This document shows, one piece after another, positions 20,266-30,479 of a stretch of 64,000 bases of DNA (its first letter is position 1; every line of letters starts with the position of its first letter). A program made the position numbers and the translations under genes. This DNA comes from Ignavibacteriales bacterium. Its GTDB lineage: Bacteria > Bacteroidota > Ignavibacteria > UBA10030 > UBA6906. The notes below the pieces were generated by a model. That model had not been told where the DNA came from and did not search any database. It worked only from the letters and a program-made list of their open reading frames with translations. The stretch covers positions 1 through 64,000 of the forward strand of contig JBBIRR010000017.1 of the NCBI GenBank assembly GCA_037441705.1, read 5' to 3'.

Positions 20266-21033
20266 ATGATCCATACAATCTGCCGGGTCCTTGACCTCAA
20301 CGAAGTTGCCGACAATATTTTCGTCCTCACATTTCATTCCCCGGAAATCGCTCCGCTGGTTCAGGCAGGACAGTTCATCAACATCAGAGTTGCCGACGGC
20401 ACCGACCCGCTACTGCGCCGTCCGTTCAGTGTCTATCGCATCGAAGGGAATGCCGTTCAGATTGTCTTCAACGTTGTCGGAAAGGGTTCGGTTGCCCTGC
20501 GCGGCAAACGGCCCGGCGACGTTCTCGATGTGCTCGGGCCGTTGGGTGTTCCGTTTTCGCTCAACAGTCCGGACTTCGAGACGGCTGTTCTTGTGGGAGG
20601 GGGACTTGGCGTAGCTCCCCTTCCTCTTGCGACGCAGACGCTGCGCGCGTCCGGCAAACGCATCGTTACGTTTCTCGGTGCGCGGACGGCGAGTCAGCTC
20701 GTCGCGCAGCACCTCGACGGCGTGCAGGTTGCGACTGATGACGGCAGCAAAGGATTTCGCGGCACGGTCGTTGACCTGATGGCGACGATGCTTCCATCGC
20801 TCAAGGCTCAACATCCGAAGATCTTCGCGTGCGGGCCTACCTCGATGCTGCATGCACTCGCTGCCGTTGCGCTCAAAGAGGAAATCCCCTGCGAGGTTTC
20901 GCTCGAAGGCCCGATGGCCTGCGGCTTCGGCATTTGCCAGGGGTGTCCGGTGGAGCTGATCGGCGGGGAAAAGAAATACGGCTTGATGTGCAAAGACGGG
21001 CCGACGTTTGACGTACGAAGAATAAAGATTTGA
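20266..21033 (+). CDS. pyrK: dihydroorotate dehydrogenase B electron transfer subunit
   Basis: GQFINI, LRRPFS, GGGLGVAP, ACGP, MACGFGICQGC...CKDGP [2Fe-2S] motif. Confidence 0.94.
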   Translation: MIHTICRVLDLNEVADNIFVLTFHSPEIAPLVQAGQFINIRVADGTDPLLRRPFSVYRIEGNAVQIVFNVVGKGSVALRGKRPGDVLDVLGPLGVPFSLNSPDFETAVLVGGGLGVAPLPLATQTLRASGKRIVTFLGARTASQLVAQHLDGVQVATDDGSKGFRGTVVDLMATMLPSLKAQHPKIFACGPTSMLHALAAVALKEEIPCEVSLEGPMACGFGICQGCPVELIGGEKKYGLMCKDGPTFDVRRIKI

Positions 21034-21034
21034 T

Positions 21035-21979
21035 ATGGTAAAAACCTCTGTTAGGATTGCAGGCGTAGAGTTCAAGAATCGTGTTCTTGTTGCCTCCGGA
21101 ACGTACGGGTACGGTGACGACACGAAGGATATGGTGGATGTGAGCAAGTTGGGCGGGATTATCACGAAGTCGCTCTCGTTGAAACCGAGAGAAGGCAATC
21201 CGCCGCCGCGCATTGTGGAAACCGCCAGCGGCATGCTCAACTCGATCGGCCTCGCCAATATCGGCGTGAGGAAGTTTGTCAGCGACAAGCTGCCCTTCCT
21301 TCGTACGGTCGACACCGCCGTCCTTGCAAACATTGCCGCCAGCTCCATCGAAGAGTACTGCGAGGTGCTGGACATCCTGGAACGAGAAGACGGCATTGAT
21401 GGATACGAAATCAATGTCTCCTGTCCCAACGTGCGCGAGGGAGGTTTGAGCTTCGGGACAAGCTGTTTGTTGGTAGAGGAGATCACGCGGCGCCTTCGGG
21501 CAAGAACGAAGCGCCTGTTAGCCATCAAGCTGACGCCCAACGTTACACACATTTCGGAGTTTGCCCGTGCGTGCGAAGCGGCGGGCGCTGATGCAATTTC
21601 GGTGATCAACACCGTGATCGGGATGGCGGTGAATATCAAGACGCGCAAGCCCATGCTCTCAACGGTCACCGGCGGGCTTTCGGGTCCCGCCATCAAGCCG
21701 ATTGCCCTTGCCAAAGTCTTCGAAGCCTCAAAGGCCGTCAAGATTCCGATCTTCGGCATCGGCGGTATCATGAACGCCAACGATGCAATCGAGTTCCTGT
21801 TGGTCGGGGCCACTGCCGTGCAGGTGGGAACGGCGAACTACATTGATCCGGCTGCAGGCATCAAGATTGCTGATGGCATCCGGCAGTACTGCGAAGAGCG
21901 CGGCATCGCGGACGTCGGCGATCTCGTCGGCGCGCTCGATGCAAAGATGGAGTTCTCCGCCATCGCGAGTTGGCTGTAG
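21035..21979 (+). CDS. pyrD: dihydroorotate dehydrogenase family 1B catalytic subunit
   Basis: ASGTYG, GNPPPR, NSIGLAN, NVSCPN, KLTPN, GGLSGPAIKP. Confidence 0.96.
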   Translation: MVKTSVRIAGVEFKNRVLVASGTYGYGDDTKDMVDVSKLGGIITKSLSLKPREGNPPPRIVETASGMLNSIGLANIGVRKFVSDKLPFLRTVDTAVLANIAASSIEEYCEVLDILEREDGIDGYEINVSCPNVREGGLSFGTSCLLVEEITRRLRARTKRLLAIKLTPNVTHISEFARACEAAGADAISVINTVIGMAVNIKTRKPMLSTVTGGLSGPAIKPIALAKVFEASKAVKIPIFGIGGIMNANDAIEFLLVGATAVQVGTANYIDPAAGIKIADGIRQYCEERGIADVGDLVGALDAKMEFSAIASWL

Positions 21980-22039
21980 CGCCGCAAGCCTATTCTACCA
22001 TCAACAATCCCAATCCATCAAATCACCTGACGTCCGGTT

Positions 22040-23353
22040 TTGTCGTTTGTGTCGGCACCAACTTATCACAGTACGCTGCGATATTTGTACGGACTTCAAC
22101 GGCGGGGAATGAAGTTCGGTCTCCGTAACATCCGACGCTTGCTGCGATCCGTGGGCAACCCCGAACGACGTTTGCGCACGATTCACGTTGGCGGCACAAA
22201 CGGGAAAGGCTCCACCTCGGCTTTCCTTGCTTCGGTGTTTATCGAGGCAGGCTATCGCACCGGACTCTACACGTCGCCTCACCTCGTGCGATTCACCGAG
22301 CGTATCCGGATTAACGGTCAGGAAATCCCCGAAGATCGGCTCGTCGAATACGCTCGCCGGCTGCGACCGATGATCGAGGCGACGGGAGCGACCTTCTTCG
22401 AGGCGACAACCTGCATCGCGTTTCAGTACTTCGCCGATGAAGAGGTTGACATCGCGGTAATCGAAGTCGGTCTCGGGGGCAGGCTCGACTCAACAAACGT
22501 GATTCTTCCCATGGTCAGCATTATTACCAACATTTCGTTGGAACATACGGAGTACCTCGGTACAACGCTGGTGCAGATTGCCCGCGAGAAGGGGGGCATT
22601 ATCAAGCCGGGTGTTCCGTGCGTCACCGGCGCAACGGAGCGATCTGTCCTTCGCACACTCGACAGAATTGCGGAGCGTCGTGGCACGCGTCTCTACGAGG
22701 TTGCTCGCCGTGTGCGCGTGAACGTACGGGATGCAAAGGCAAGGTTCGTGAGCTTTCGCGGCCGCCGGCTTACCATAAGCAACGTTTGCTTAGGGTTGGG
22801 GGGGACGTTTCAGGTGGCGAACGCTTGCACGGCAATGGCGGCACTGGACATTCTTCATTCACAAAGGCGTTTCAGATTCCGGTTCAGGCGAGTCGGTGCG
22901 AAGACGATAAGGAGCGGGTTCGAGCGGGTCGTGGAAAACACGCGTCTCCGCGGCCGGCTGGAAGCGGTTGGAAGAACCTTTCTGTTCGATGTTGCTCACA
23001 ATCCCGAAGGCATGCGTGCACTGGTTTCCGCGCTGCCCGCCGATGTGCGAAGAAACTGCGTTGCCGTATTCGGAGTTCTTCAGGACAAAGACTACAAAAC
23101 CATGTGTCGGTTGCTTGGTCCGGCAGTGCGGCACGTTGTTGTCGTCCGACCGCGCTCGCCGCGAGGTTTACCGACGTCACGGCTTGTTCAGGAGCTGCGG
23201 CGCCTCGGTGTGGCGCACTCGAGCGCAAGAACCGTCCGGCATGCCCTGGAACTTGCCAGGAGACTTGCCGGTTCTGAAAGTAGGATTCTTGTCACAGGCT
23301 CTCATTATCTTGTCGGAGAGGCCCTGGGGATTCTCGGTCAGCGAAATGCTTGA
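22040..23353 (+). CDS. folC: folylpolyglutamate synthase/dihydrofolate synthase
   Basis: GTNGKGST, YTSPHL, EVGLGGRLDSTN, EKGGI, DVAHNP, GSHYLVGE. Start codon uncertain. Confidence 0.94.
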   Translation: MSFVSAPTYHSTLRYLYGLQRRGMKFGLRNIRRLLRSVGNPERRLRTIHVGGTNGKGSTSAFLASVFIEAGYRTGLYTSPHLVRFTERIRINGQEIPEDRLVEYARRLRPMIEATGATFFEATTCIAFQYFADEEVDIAVIEVGLGGRLDSTNVILPMVSIITNISLEHTEYLGTTLVQIAREKGGIIKPGVPCVTGATERSVLRTLDRIAERRGTRLYEVARRVRVNVRDAKARFVSFRGRRLTISNVCLGLGGTFQVANACTAMAALDILHSQRRFRFRFRRVGAKTIRSGFERVVENTRLRGRLEAVGRTFLFDVAHNPEGMRALVSALPADVRRNCVAVFGVLQDKDYKTMCRLLGPAVRHVVVVRPRSPRGLPTSRLVQELRRLGVAHSSARTVRHALELARRLAGSESRILVTGSHYLVGEALGILGQRNA

Positions 23354-23378
23354 CAATCAAAACCAAATCTCCTATATT
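23350..23378 (+). promoter_or_regulatory. sigma70 promoter of rho
   Basis: TTGACA-N17-TATATT overlapping the folC stop. Confidence 0.75.
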
Positions 23379-23595
23379 TTTTCCAGCAAAGAGGAATGTC
23401 CGAGGAGATACCCCACGGGAATTGATACTGGGGTTGCAGCGAGGGCTCCTTAGATACCACCTGTTCGAACTCATCAGTAAGTACTCATCCAACCATTACT
23501 CTTCATTCGTTCTCCCCGATACGTTCTTCACGATGAGGTTCGAGGTCAACGTGTGAAGGGCACACAATGTTTTTTAGTAAGAGGATTTACATTCC

Positions 23596-24849
23596 ATGGC
23601 GATGGACATTGCAGAGCTGAAGTCAAAGAAGATAGCCGAGCTGAATCAGATCGCAAAGGAGCTGAACATCACCGGCTACAGCGATCTGCGCAAGCAAGAG
23701 CTGATCTTCAAGATTCTTGAAGCACAAACCGAGCAGGGAGGCCTGACCTTCAGCAAAGGCGTGCTGGAGGTGCTGCCCGACGGCTACGGCTTTCTGCGCA
23801 GTGTTGATTACAACTACCTTCCCTCACCCGACGACATCTACGTCTCGCCTTCCCAGATCAAGAAATTCAATCTGAGAACCGGTGACACCGTCAGCGGCCA
23901 GGTTCGACCGCCGAAGGAGGGGGAGCGGTTCTTCGCACTGCTGCGTGTGGAAGCCGTGAACGACGAAAATCCGGAGTTGATTCGTGAGCGCGTTCTCTTC
24001 GACAACCTCACGCCGCTCTATCCTAACGAGCAACTCAAACTGGAGACCGCGCCGGGCGAATATTCGATGCGCATCATGGATTTGCTGACGCCCATCGGCA
24101 AGGGGCAGCGCGGCATGATCGTGTCGCCGCCCAAGGCCGGCAAGACGATCCTGCTGCAGAAGATTGCCAACAGCATTTCACGCAATCATCCCGAAGTGAA
24201 GCTCATCGTCTTGCTGATCGATGAGCGCCCCGAGGAGGTCACGGATATGGAGCGGTCGGTCAACGCCGAAGTCGTCAGCTCGACGTTCGACGAGCCGCCG
24301 GAGCGTCACGTTCAGGTTGCCGATATGGTGTTGGAAAAGGCGAAGCGTCTCGTCGAGGCAAAGCGTGATGTTGTCGTGTTGCTGGATAGCATTACGCGTC
24401 TCGCGCGTGCGCACAATACCGTCGTTCCGCATTCCGGCAAGATTCTTTCCGGCGGCGTCGATGCCAATGCTCTGCACAAGCCGAAGCGATTCTTCGGGGC
24501 TGCCCGCAACATCGAAGAAGGGGGGAGCCTGACCATCGTCGCGACGGCGTTGATTGAGACCGGAAGCAGGATGGATGAGGTGATCTTTGAAGAGTTCAAG
24601 GGAACCGGTAACATGGAAATTGTGCTCGACCGGAAGCTGAGCGACAAGCGCATCTTCCCCGCCATTGACGTGAACCGCTCCGGGACACGCAAGGAGGAGC
24701 TGCTGCTCGATGCAGACGAGCTGAACCGCATCTGGGTTCTACGCAAGTTCCTCTCCGACTTCAACACGGTCGAGGCAATGGAATTCCTTCTGGAGAAAAT
24801 GCGGGGAACGAAATCCAACAAAGAATTCTTGAAATCGATGAATAGCTAA
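23596..24849 (+). CDS. rho: transcription termination factor Rho (compact, 417 aa)
   Basis: [57 protein letters not shown]. Confidence 0.99.
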   Translation: MAMDIAELKSKKIAELNQIAKELNITGYSDLRKQELIFKILEAQTEQGGLTFSKGVLEVLPDGYGFLRSVDYNYLPSPDDIYVSPSQIKKFNLRTGDTVSGQVRPPKEGERFFALLRVEAVNDENPELIRERVLFDNLTPLYPNEQLKLETAPGEYSMRIMDLLTPIGKGQRGMIVSPPKAGKTILLQKIANSISRNHPEVKLIVLLIDERPEEVTDMERSVNAEVVSSTFDEPPERHVQVADMVLEKAKRLVEAKRDVVVLLDSITRLARAHNTVVPHSGKILSGGVDANALHKPKRFFGAARNIEEGGSLTIVATALIETGSRMDEVIFEEFKGTGNMEIVLDRKLSDKRIFPAIDVNRSGTRKEELLLDADELNRIWVLRKFLSDFNTVEAMEFLLEKMRGTKSNKEFLKSMNS

Positions 24850-24853
24850 GAAC

Positions 24854-26029
24854 ATGAACGAAGTCGTCATCGTCAGCGGGTGCAGAACGCCCATCGGAAG
24901 CTTTCGGGGTTCGCTCAGCTCCTTGCCGGCTCCGAGGCTCGGAGCAATCGTCATTCGCGAAGCGCTCAAGCGCGCGGGCATTGCGCCCGAAGCGGTGAAC
25001 GAAGTGATCATGGGAAATGTGATTCAAGCCGGCGTCGGTCAGGCACCTGCTCGTCAGGCTGCAATCTACGCCGGGCTTCCGGTTTCCGTCGAGTGTATGA
25101 CGGTGAACAAAGTCTGCGGCTCCGGCTTGAAGGCCGTGATGCTCGCGGCGCAAGCGATCATGCTCGGCGACGCGGATGTGGTTGTTGCCGGCGGAATGGA
25201 GAGCATGTCCAACGCACCCTACTTGTTGGACAAGGCTCGCTCAGGGTACAAGATGGGGCATGCTCAGATCTACGATGCGATGATGAAGGACGGCCTCCTC
25301 AATGCCTACGACGATACTGCGATGGGCATCGCCGCGGAGTTGTGTGCCAGAGAGTGCCGCGTCTCCCGCGAAGCCCAGGATGAGTTTGCCATCCTCAGCT
25401 ACACACGAGCGCAAGAATCGCAGAAGACCGGCCGCTTTGCAAAGGAGATTGTTGGGGTTGAGGTCACTGAAGGGAAAGAGACGAAGGTGGTGCTGGAGGA
25501 TGAGGATGTGTTCAAGACCGACTTCGCGAAAATCCCCAAACTGAAGTCGGCGTTCCAGAAAGATGGCAGCGTTACCGCCGCCAATTCCTCGAAGATCAAC
25601 GACGGCGCCGCCGCGCTGGTGTTGATGTCTGCGGAAAAAGCGAAGCAGCTCGGCATCAGGCCGCTGGCCCGAATCATCGCGCAGGCGTCGGCGGCAAAAG
25701 ACCCGATGTGGTTTACCACCGCTCCGGCCGACGGTATCACCAAGGTGCTCAAGCGCGCTGGCATGACAAAGGACGATATTGATCTGTTCGAAATCAACGA
25801 AGCCTTTGCTGTGGTTGCGATCGCGGTTAACACCATTCTGGGGTTAGATGTCAACAAAGTGAATGTCAACGGCGGGGCCGTTGCCCTCGGTCATCCGATC
25901 GGTGCGAGCGGTGCACGCATTCTCGTTACACTTCTTCATGCGCTGGAGCAGCGCAACCTGAAACGAGGTCTTGCCGCCATCTGTATCGGCGGCGGCGAAG
26001 CCTCAGCACTCATTGTCGAACGCATCTGA
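24854..26029 (+). CDS. atoB: acetyl-CoA C-acetyltransferase (thiolase)
   Basis: [32 protein letters not shown]. Confidence 0.95.
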   Translation: MNEVVIVSGCRTPIGSFRGSLSSLPAPRLGAIVIREALKRAGIAPEAVNEVIMGNVIQAGVGQAPARQAAIYAGLPVSVECMTVNKVCGSGLKAVMLAAQAIMLGDADVVVAGGMESMSNAPYLLDKARSGYKMGHAQIYDAMMKDGLLNAYDDTAMGIAAELCARECRVSREAQDEFAILSYTRAQESQKTGRFAKEIVGVEVTEGKETKVVLEDEDVFKTDFAKIPKLKSAFQKDGSVTAANSSKINDGAAALVLMSAEKAKQLGIRPLARIIAQASAAKDPMWFTTAPADGITKVLKRAGMTKDDIDLFEINEAFAVVAIAVNTILGLDVNKVNVNGGAVALGHPIGASGARILVTLLHALEQRNLKRGLAAICIGGGEASALIVERI

Positions 26030-26037
26030 ACCGGAGC

Positions 26038-26904
26038 GTGCCCTTGACTATCCAGAACGTTACAGTCATCGGTGCCGGCACGATGGGCAACGGCATTGCC
26101 CACGTGTTTGCGCAGTACGGATTCAACGTCATCCTCAACGACATCAAACAAGAATTTCTCGACAGAGCCAAAGCAACAATCTCGGCGAACCTCGACCGGC
26201 AGGTGAAGAAAGGCACGCTCACGGCCGAACGGAAGGACGAAACCCTGGGTCGCATAACCTTCTCGCTCGATCTCCGATCTGCTGCAGCACATGCCGACAT
26301 TGTTGTGGAGGCCGCAACCGAGGACCGGCAAATCAAGAACGACATCTTCCGCACGCTCGATGCCGCCTGCAAGGCGGAGACTGTCCTCGCTTCCAACACG
26401 TCCTCCATCTCCATCACCGAAATCGCCGCGGTCACGAAACGTCCCGACAAAGTGATCGGCATGCACTTCATGAATCCCGTGCCGGTGATGAAGCTTGTGG
26501 AAGTGATCAGGGGACTCGCGACATCGGATGCAACCCTTCAGACCGTCAAGCAGCTGGCGGAGAAACTGGAGAAGGTTCCTGTGGAGGTGAATGATTATCC
26601 GGGATTCGTTTCCAACCGCGTCCTGCTTCCCATGTTGAACGAAGCGATGTACTGCGTGATGGAAGGTGTGGCAACCCCGGAGGCGATCGACACGGTCATG
26701 AAACTCGGCATGAACCATCCCATGGGTCCGCTCACGCTCGCGGACTTCATCGGCCTTGATGTGTGTCTCTCGATCATGAACGTTCTGCATGACGGTCTGG
26801 GCGATCCGAAGTACCGACCGTGCCCGCTGCTGAAGAAGATGGTGGCCGCCGGGCATCTGGGAAGGAAGACGGGCAAGGGGTTTTACGAGTATCCAACGAC
26901 CTGA
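26038..26904 (+). CDS. hbd: 3-hydroxybutyryl-CoA dehydrogenase
   Basis: [42 protein letters not shown]. Confidence 0.94.
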   Translation: MPLTIQNVTVIGAGTMGNGIAHVFAQYGFNVILNDIKQEFLDRAKATISANLDRQVKKGTLTAERKDETLGRITFSLDLRSAAAHADIVVEAATEDRQIKNDIFRTLDAACKAETVLASNTSSISITEIAAVTKRPDKVIGMHFMNPVPVMKLVEVIRGLATSDATLQTVKQLAEKLEKVPVEVNDYPGFVSNRVLLPMLNEAMYCVMEGVATPEAIDTVMKLGMNHPMGPLTLADFIGLDVCLSIMNVLHDGLGDPKYRPCPLLKKMVAAGHLGRKTGKGFYEYPTT

Positions 26905-26930
26905 TCTGATTCCATCTCATCGAACAGACT

Positions 26931-28070
26931 ATGGAATTTGCCTTTTCTGAAACACATCAGATGATCCGCGAAACGGCGCGGAATTTTGCAGAAGAAAAGA
27001 TTGCGCCAAACTCCATTGAACGGGACGAGAAGGAAGAGTTCCCGTACGATCTCGTCAAAGAAATGGGTGAGCTGGGCTTTATGGGTATGATGGTGCCGGA
27101 AGAGTGGGGAGGTGCCGGCCTTGACACCGTCAGCTATGTGATTGCGATGGAGGAGATTTCTCGCGTCGATGCTTCCTGCGGAGTCATCATGTCGGTCAAC
27201 AACTCGCTGGTCTGCTACGGCATTGAAAAATACGGCACGCGTGAGCAGAAGGAGCGATTCTTGCGTGACCTTGCCACGGGGCGCAAATTGGGCGCGTTTG
27301 CCCTTTCAGAACCCGAAGCGGGAAGTGATGCCTCGAATCAGAGAACTGTTGCAGTTAGGGATGGTGATTACTATATTCTGAACGGCACGAAGAACTGGAT
27401 CACCAACGGCTCGACTGCCGACCTCGTGCTGGTGATGGCTGCAACCGACAGAGCAAAAGGCGCAAAGGGCATCAGCACATTTGTTGTCGAGAAAGGCACG
27501 CCGGGTTTTTTCGTTGCCAAGAAAGAAAAGAAGCTCGGCATCAGAAGCTCTGACACAGTCTCGCTCGCTTTTCAAGACGCAAGAGTTCCTGTTGCCAACA
27601 GGATTGGAGAGGAGGGTGACGGCTTCAAGTTCGCGATGAAGACGCTCGAGGGAGGGCGTATCGGTATTGCAGCACAGGCTCTTGGTATTGCGCAAGCGTG
27701 TCTTGATGCCTCCATCAGCTACTCCAAACAGCGCAAAGCATTCGATCATCCCATTGCCGAGTTTCAGGCTATTCAGTTCAAGCTCGCGGAAATGGCAACC
27801 AACATCGAGGCTGCGCGCATGCTCACGCTTCGAGCGGCGTTTCTCAAGGATGCAGGCCAACCTTACGGAGATGCAGCAGCGATGGCAAAACTGTTCGCCT
27901 CGAAAGTTGCGGTACACTCTGCGCTCGAAGCAATCCAAATTCACGGCGGGTACGGATACGTTCGCGAGTACCTGGTCGAGCGCTATCTACGGGATGCGAA
28001 GATCACGGAGATCTACGAGGGGACCTCGGAAATACAGCGAATAGTGATCTCGCGAGCCTTACTGAAATAA
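26931..28070 (+). CDS. short-chain acyl-CoA dehydrogenase
   Basis: ALSEPEAGSD, GTKNWITNG, GGRIGIAAQ, QIHGGYGY, EIYEGTSEIQR. Confidence 0.95.
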   Translation: MEFAFSETHQMIRETARNFAEEKIAPNSIERDEKEEFPYDLVKEMGELGFMGMMVPEEWGGAGLDTVSYVIAMEEISRVDASCGVIMSVNNSLVCYGIEKYGTREQKERFLRDLATGRKLGAFALSEPEAGSDASNQRTVAVRDGDYYILNGTKNWITNGSTADLVLVMAATDRAKGAKGISTFVVEKGTPGFFVAKKEKKLGIRSSDTVSLAFQDARVPVANRIGEEGDGFKFAMKTLEGGRIGIAAQALGIAQACLDASISYSKQRKAFDHPIAEFQAIQFKLAEMATNIEAARMLTLRAAFLKDAGQPYGDAAAMAKLFASKVAVHSALEAIQIHGGYGYVREYLVERYLRDAKITEIYEGTSEIQRIVISRALLK

Positions 28071-28122
28071 AAGCCAGGGCAATCTAACCAACCAACAACA
28101 AACAATCGTGTGGGGTATCAGT

Positions 28123-28647
28123 ATGAGACCTATTCGCTTTCTTCTAGTTCTGACGATGTTCGCCCTCGCCATTTGCGCGGGAACTGCTCGTGCCCAGATG
28201 AAATGGAGTCTTGGTGGCAACGCGGGGATCTCCATCTATGACGGAGCTGCAGGTTTTCATATCGGACCGATGAGTGAAGTGATTTTCGGGAGGAATTTTG
28301 CGGTCGGTTCTGAATTCAATATCAACACGCAGGGCGGCACGCCCATTGAGTGGTTTGCCTACGGCAAGTACTACTTCGGAATTCCCGGAAGCAAGTTGCG
28401 GCCGTTCGCGAACTTCGGTCTTGCCCTGTACTTCTATACAGGCGGACCGTATTTTGGCATTCAGGGTGGAGGCGGAGTCAACATTCCTATTGCCAACAAC
28501 TTGTATATTGCGCCCGATATCCAATTCGGACCTGTCTTCGGTACCGGAGGTGCAAGCTACTTCGATCCTTTCTCTGGATTTGTTCAGGGGCAAAGTAGAA
28601 CAGTATTCGCTGTTATTATCCGAGCTGGTATCCGGTACGAGATCTAA
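28123..28647 (+). CDS. small outer-membrane beta-barrel protein
   Basis: Signal peptide ending A-R-A/Q, alternating Gly/aromatic strands, C-terminal GIRYEI. Confidence 0.75.
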   Translation: MRPIRFLLVLTMFALAICAGTARAQMKWSLGGNAGISIYDGAAGFHIGPMSEVIFGRNFAVGSEFNINTQGGTPIEWFAYGKYYFGIPGSKLRPFANFGLALYFYTGGPYFGIQGGGGVNIPIANNLYIAPDIQFGPVFGTGGASYFDPFSGFVQGQSRTVFAVIIRAGIRYEI

Positions 28648-28706
28648 GCCTGAAGCCAGCACTACCCAATCACGAGGTCTGAATTCCCCGAAAGGAGGCT
28701 GTTGCT

Positions 28707-29396
28707 ATGCAGCGTGCGTTTTCGGTTGTCGCTACAGTTGTTCTTCTGGCAGCTCTCGCCGGCCAGGCAGTTTCTCAGGTGCAGTTTGGTATTGGTGTGA
28801 AAGCAGGATTGAGTCTCAGCTCAGCATCTGTTGACCCGGACCCTTATGCAGGGCTGCAGGCTCAGGGAATCAATAGCACAAAGTCAGGGGGAACCGGATT
28901 TGGCGTTAGCGCGAACGCGGAGTTGTCCTTCGGCCGCATGTTTGCCGTAGCTGTCGAACCTGGATACACTCAGAAGTCTGTTAAATGGGAGCTTACACAA
29001 GGTACAGCGCGGGCTACGGATGAACGAACGATCAGCTACCTGCAGATTCCTGTCCTGTTCCGCGTAAAGTTTATTGAAGGGACAGTGCGTCCCTACGCAT
29101 TTGTTGGACCGAACATTGGCCTCGTGCTGTCCTCGAAAGCAAAGTTCCAAGGCTTTGCTAACATACAGGACGGGGAATATGACGTGAAGAGTACGACTTC
29201 TTCGATTGATTTCGGACTTGAATTCGGTGGAGGCACGGAGTTCAAGGTGGCACGTCAGGTTGCACTGACAGGCGACATCCGATACAACCTTGGCTTATCG
29301 AACCTGGATAACAGTCCTGCACAACAGGGGCAATCAGCCAGCGTCAAGTCAAGGAATTTCGTGATCCTGTTCGGCGTCTTATTCTTACTTGGTTGA
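28707..29396 (+). CDS. PorT/porin-family outer-membrane beta-barrel protein
   Basis: Signal peptide, FGIGVKAGLSLS, YLQIPVLFR, PYAFVGP, RYNLGLSN. AAGGAGG SD. Confidence 0.8.
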   Translation: MQRAFSVVATVVLLAALAGQAVSQVQFGIGVKAGLSLSSASVDPDPYAGLQAQGINSTKSGGTGFGVSANAELSFGRMFAVAVEPGYTQKSVKWELTQGTARATDERTISYLQIPVLFRVKFIEGTVRPYAFVGPNIGLVLSSKAKFQGFANIQDGEYDVKSTTSSIDFGLEFGGGTEFKVARQVALTGDIRYNLGLSNLDNSPAQQGQSASVKSRNFVILFGVLFLLG

Positions 29397-29466
29397 TAAA
29401 CAATGGATCATGGCCATGGAAAGCCTCCCAGAAAGACGAAACAATGGCTCGCGAACGACGGATTGC

Positions 29467-29495
29467 TTGACAAAGTAATGTGTTTTGTGTATACT
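29467..29495 (+). promoter_or_regulatory. strong sigma70 promoter (with TG extended -10)
   Basis: TTGACA-N17-TATACT. Confidence 0.8.
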
Positions 29496-29566
29496 GTGGG
29501 CGGCTTTTATGGTCCGACCCGTTCATCACTAATCCATCATTATTCACAATAGAGGGGTAATCTCCA

Positions 29567-30178
29567 ATGAAAAAACTCTTGCTAGTAGTTGTTGCCCTTG
29601 CGCTGGTTAGCTTTGTGAGCGCAAGCTCGAACGCTGAAGGGAAAGTTGCCATCAGCGTTGGTGGGGACGTTCTGATTCCGATGGGAACGTTTGGCGACGC
29701 GCAGTCTACAGGGTTTGGCGGGAGCGTGAGAGGTCAGTTCAATATCACCCCGATGTTTTCGGCTGGTCTCACTGCAGGGTACTTTACCTGGAGTGGAAAG
29801 GATCGGACTGTCGGCGGCATCACGGTAAAGGGTGGCACGTTCAAGGGCTTGCCCGTCCGAGCGTTCGGCAAGTACTACTTCATGCCGGAAACGGAGAAGG
29901 TTCGCTTCTACGGCATTGCAGAGCTTGGCATGTTCTTCGGGACGGTGGATGTCCCTGCGACAACTATCAATACTCCCCTTGGCCCTATCACCGTTGGCGG
30001 CGGTAGCGCCTCATCGACGGATTTCAACTATGCGCCGGGTGTCGGTGTGGAATTCGGCTTGGGCAGCGGCAACACCAAGCTCGATATCTCTGCTCGATAT
30101 GATGGGATCGCGACCTCGGGAGGCTCCTCCGGAAGCCTTGGCGCCCGTGTTGGTGTCAACTTCGGCCTTGGCAACTAA
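29567..30178 (+). CDS. small outer-membrane beta-barrel protein
   Basis: MKK-hydrophobic signal peptide, P.GTFGD..STGFGG, KYYF, C-terminal strand ARVGVNFGLGN. Confidence 0.8.
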   Translation: MKKLLLVVVALALVSFVSASSNAEGKVAISVGGDVLIPMGTFGDAQSTGFGGSVRGQFNITPMFSAGLTAGYFTWSGKDRTVGGITVKGGTFKGLPVRAFGKYYFMPETEKVRFYGIAELGMFFGTVDVPATTINTPLGPITVGGGSASSTDFNYAPGVGVEFGLGSGNTKLDISARYDGIATSGGSSGSLGARVGVNFGLGN

Positions 30179-30201
30179 CAGAAGCTTGTCCCTACCAAAC
30201 T

Positions 30202-30228
30202 AAAGGAAGCCTTCGGGCTTCCTTTTTT
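30202..30228 (+). terminator. intrinsic terminator
   Basis: AAAGGAAGCC-TTCG-GGCTTCCTTT followed by a T run; cUUCGg tetraloop. Confidence 0.92.
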
Positions 30229-30360
30229 GTTTGTGCCTATGTCCATGTTCTCCTGCCGGGTCGTTGGCTGCTTTGGTGCGACGAACCAACAAGAATGGAA
30301 GAAGCCAAGAAATCGCCGCAGCAGATCCACGAATTGATGTTGTCATGATGTCCCAAGTTA

Positions 30361-30389
30361 TTGCAATGCGCCCGCCTTTTTTATATACT
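30361..30389 (+). promoter_or_regulatory. sigma70 promoter of the lemA operon
   Basis: TTGCAA-N17-TATACT. Confidence 0.65.
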
Positions 30390-30479
30390 TTGGTCGTATG
30401 ATTCTATATCGGAAGGAAGTCATGCTGGCTTCCTTTCTTTTTGTCGCTCATCAAACATCCACCTCAACAAGGTATCCTC

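Noticed and set aside
20410-21813. 467-aa antisense ORF over pyrK/pyrD; similar ORFs at 41040-42320, 25936-26856 and 58838-59806
   Set aside because: They fully overlap confidently identified plus-strand genes and have no domain signatures.
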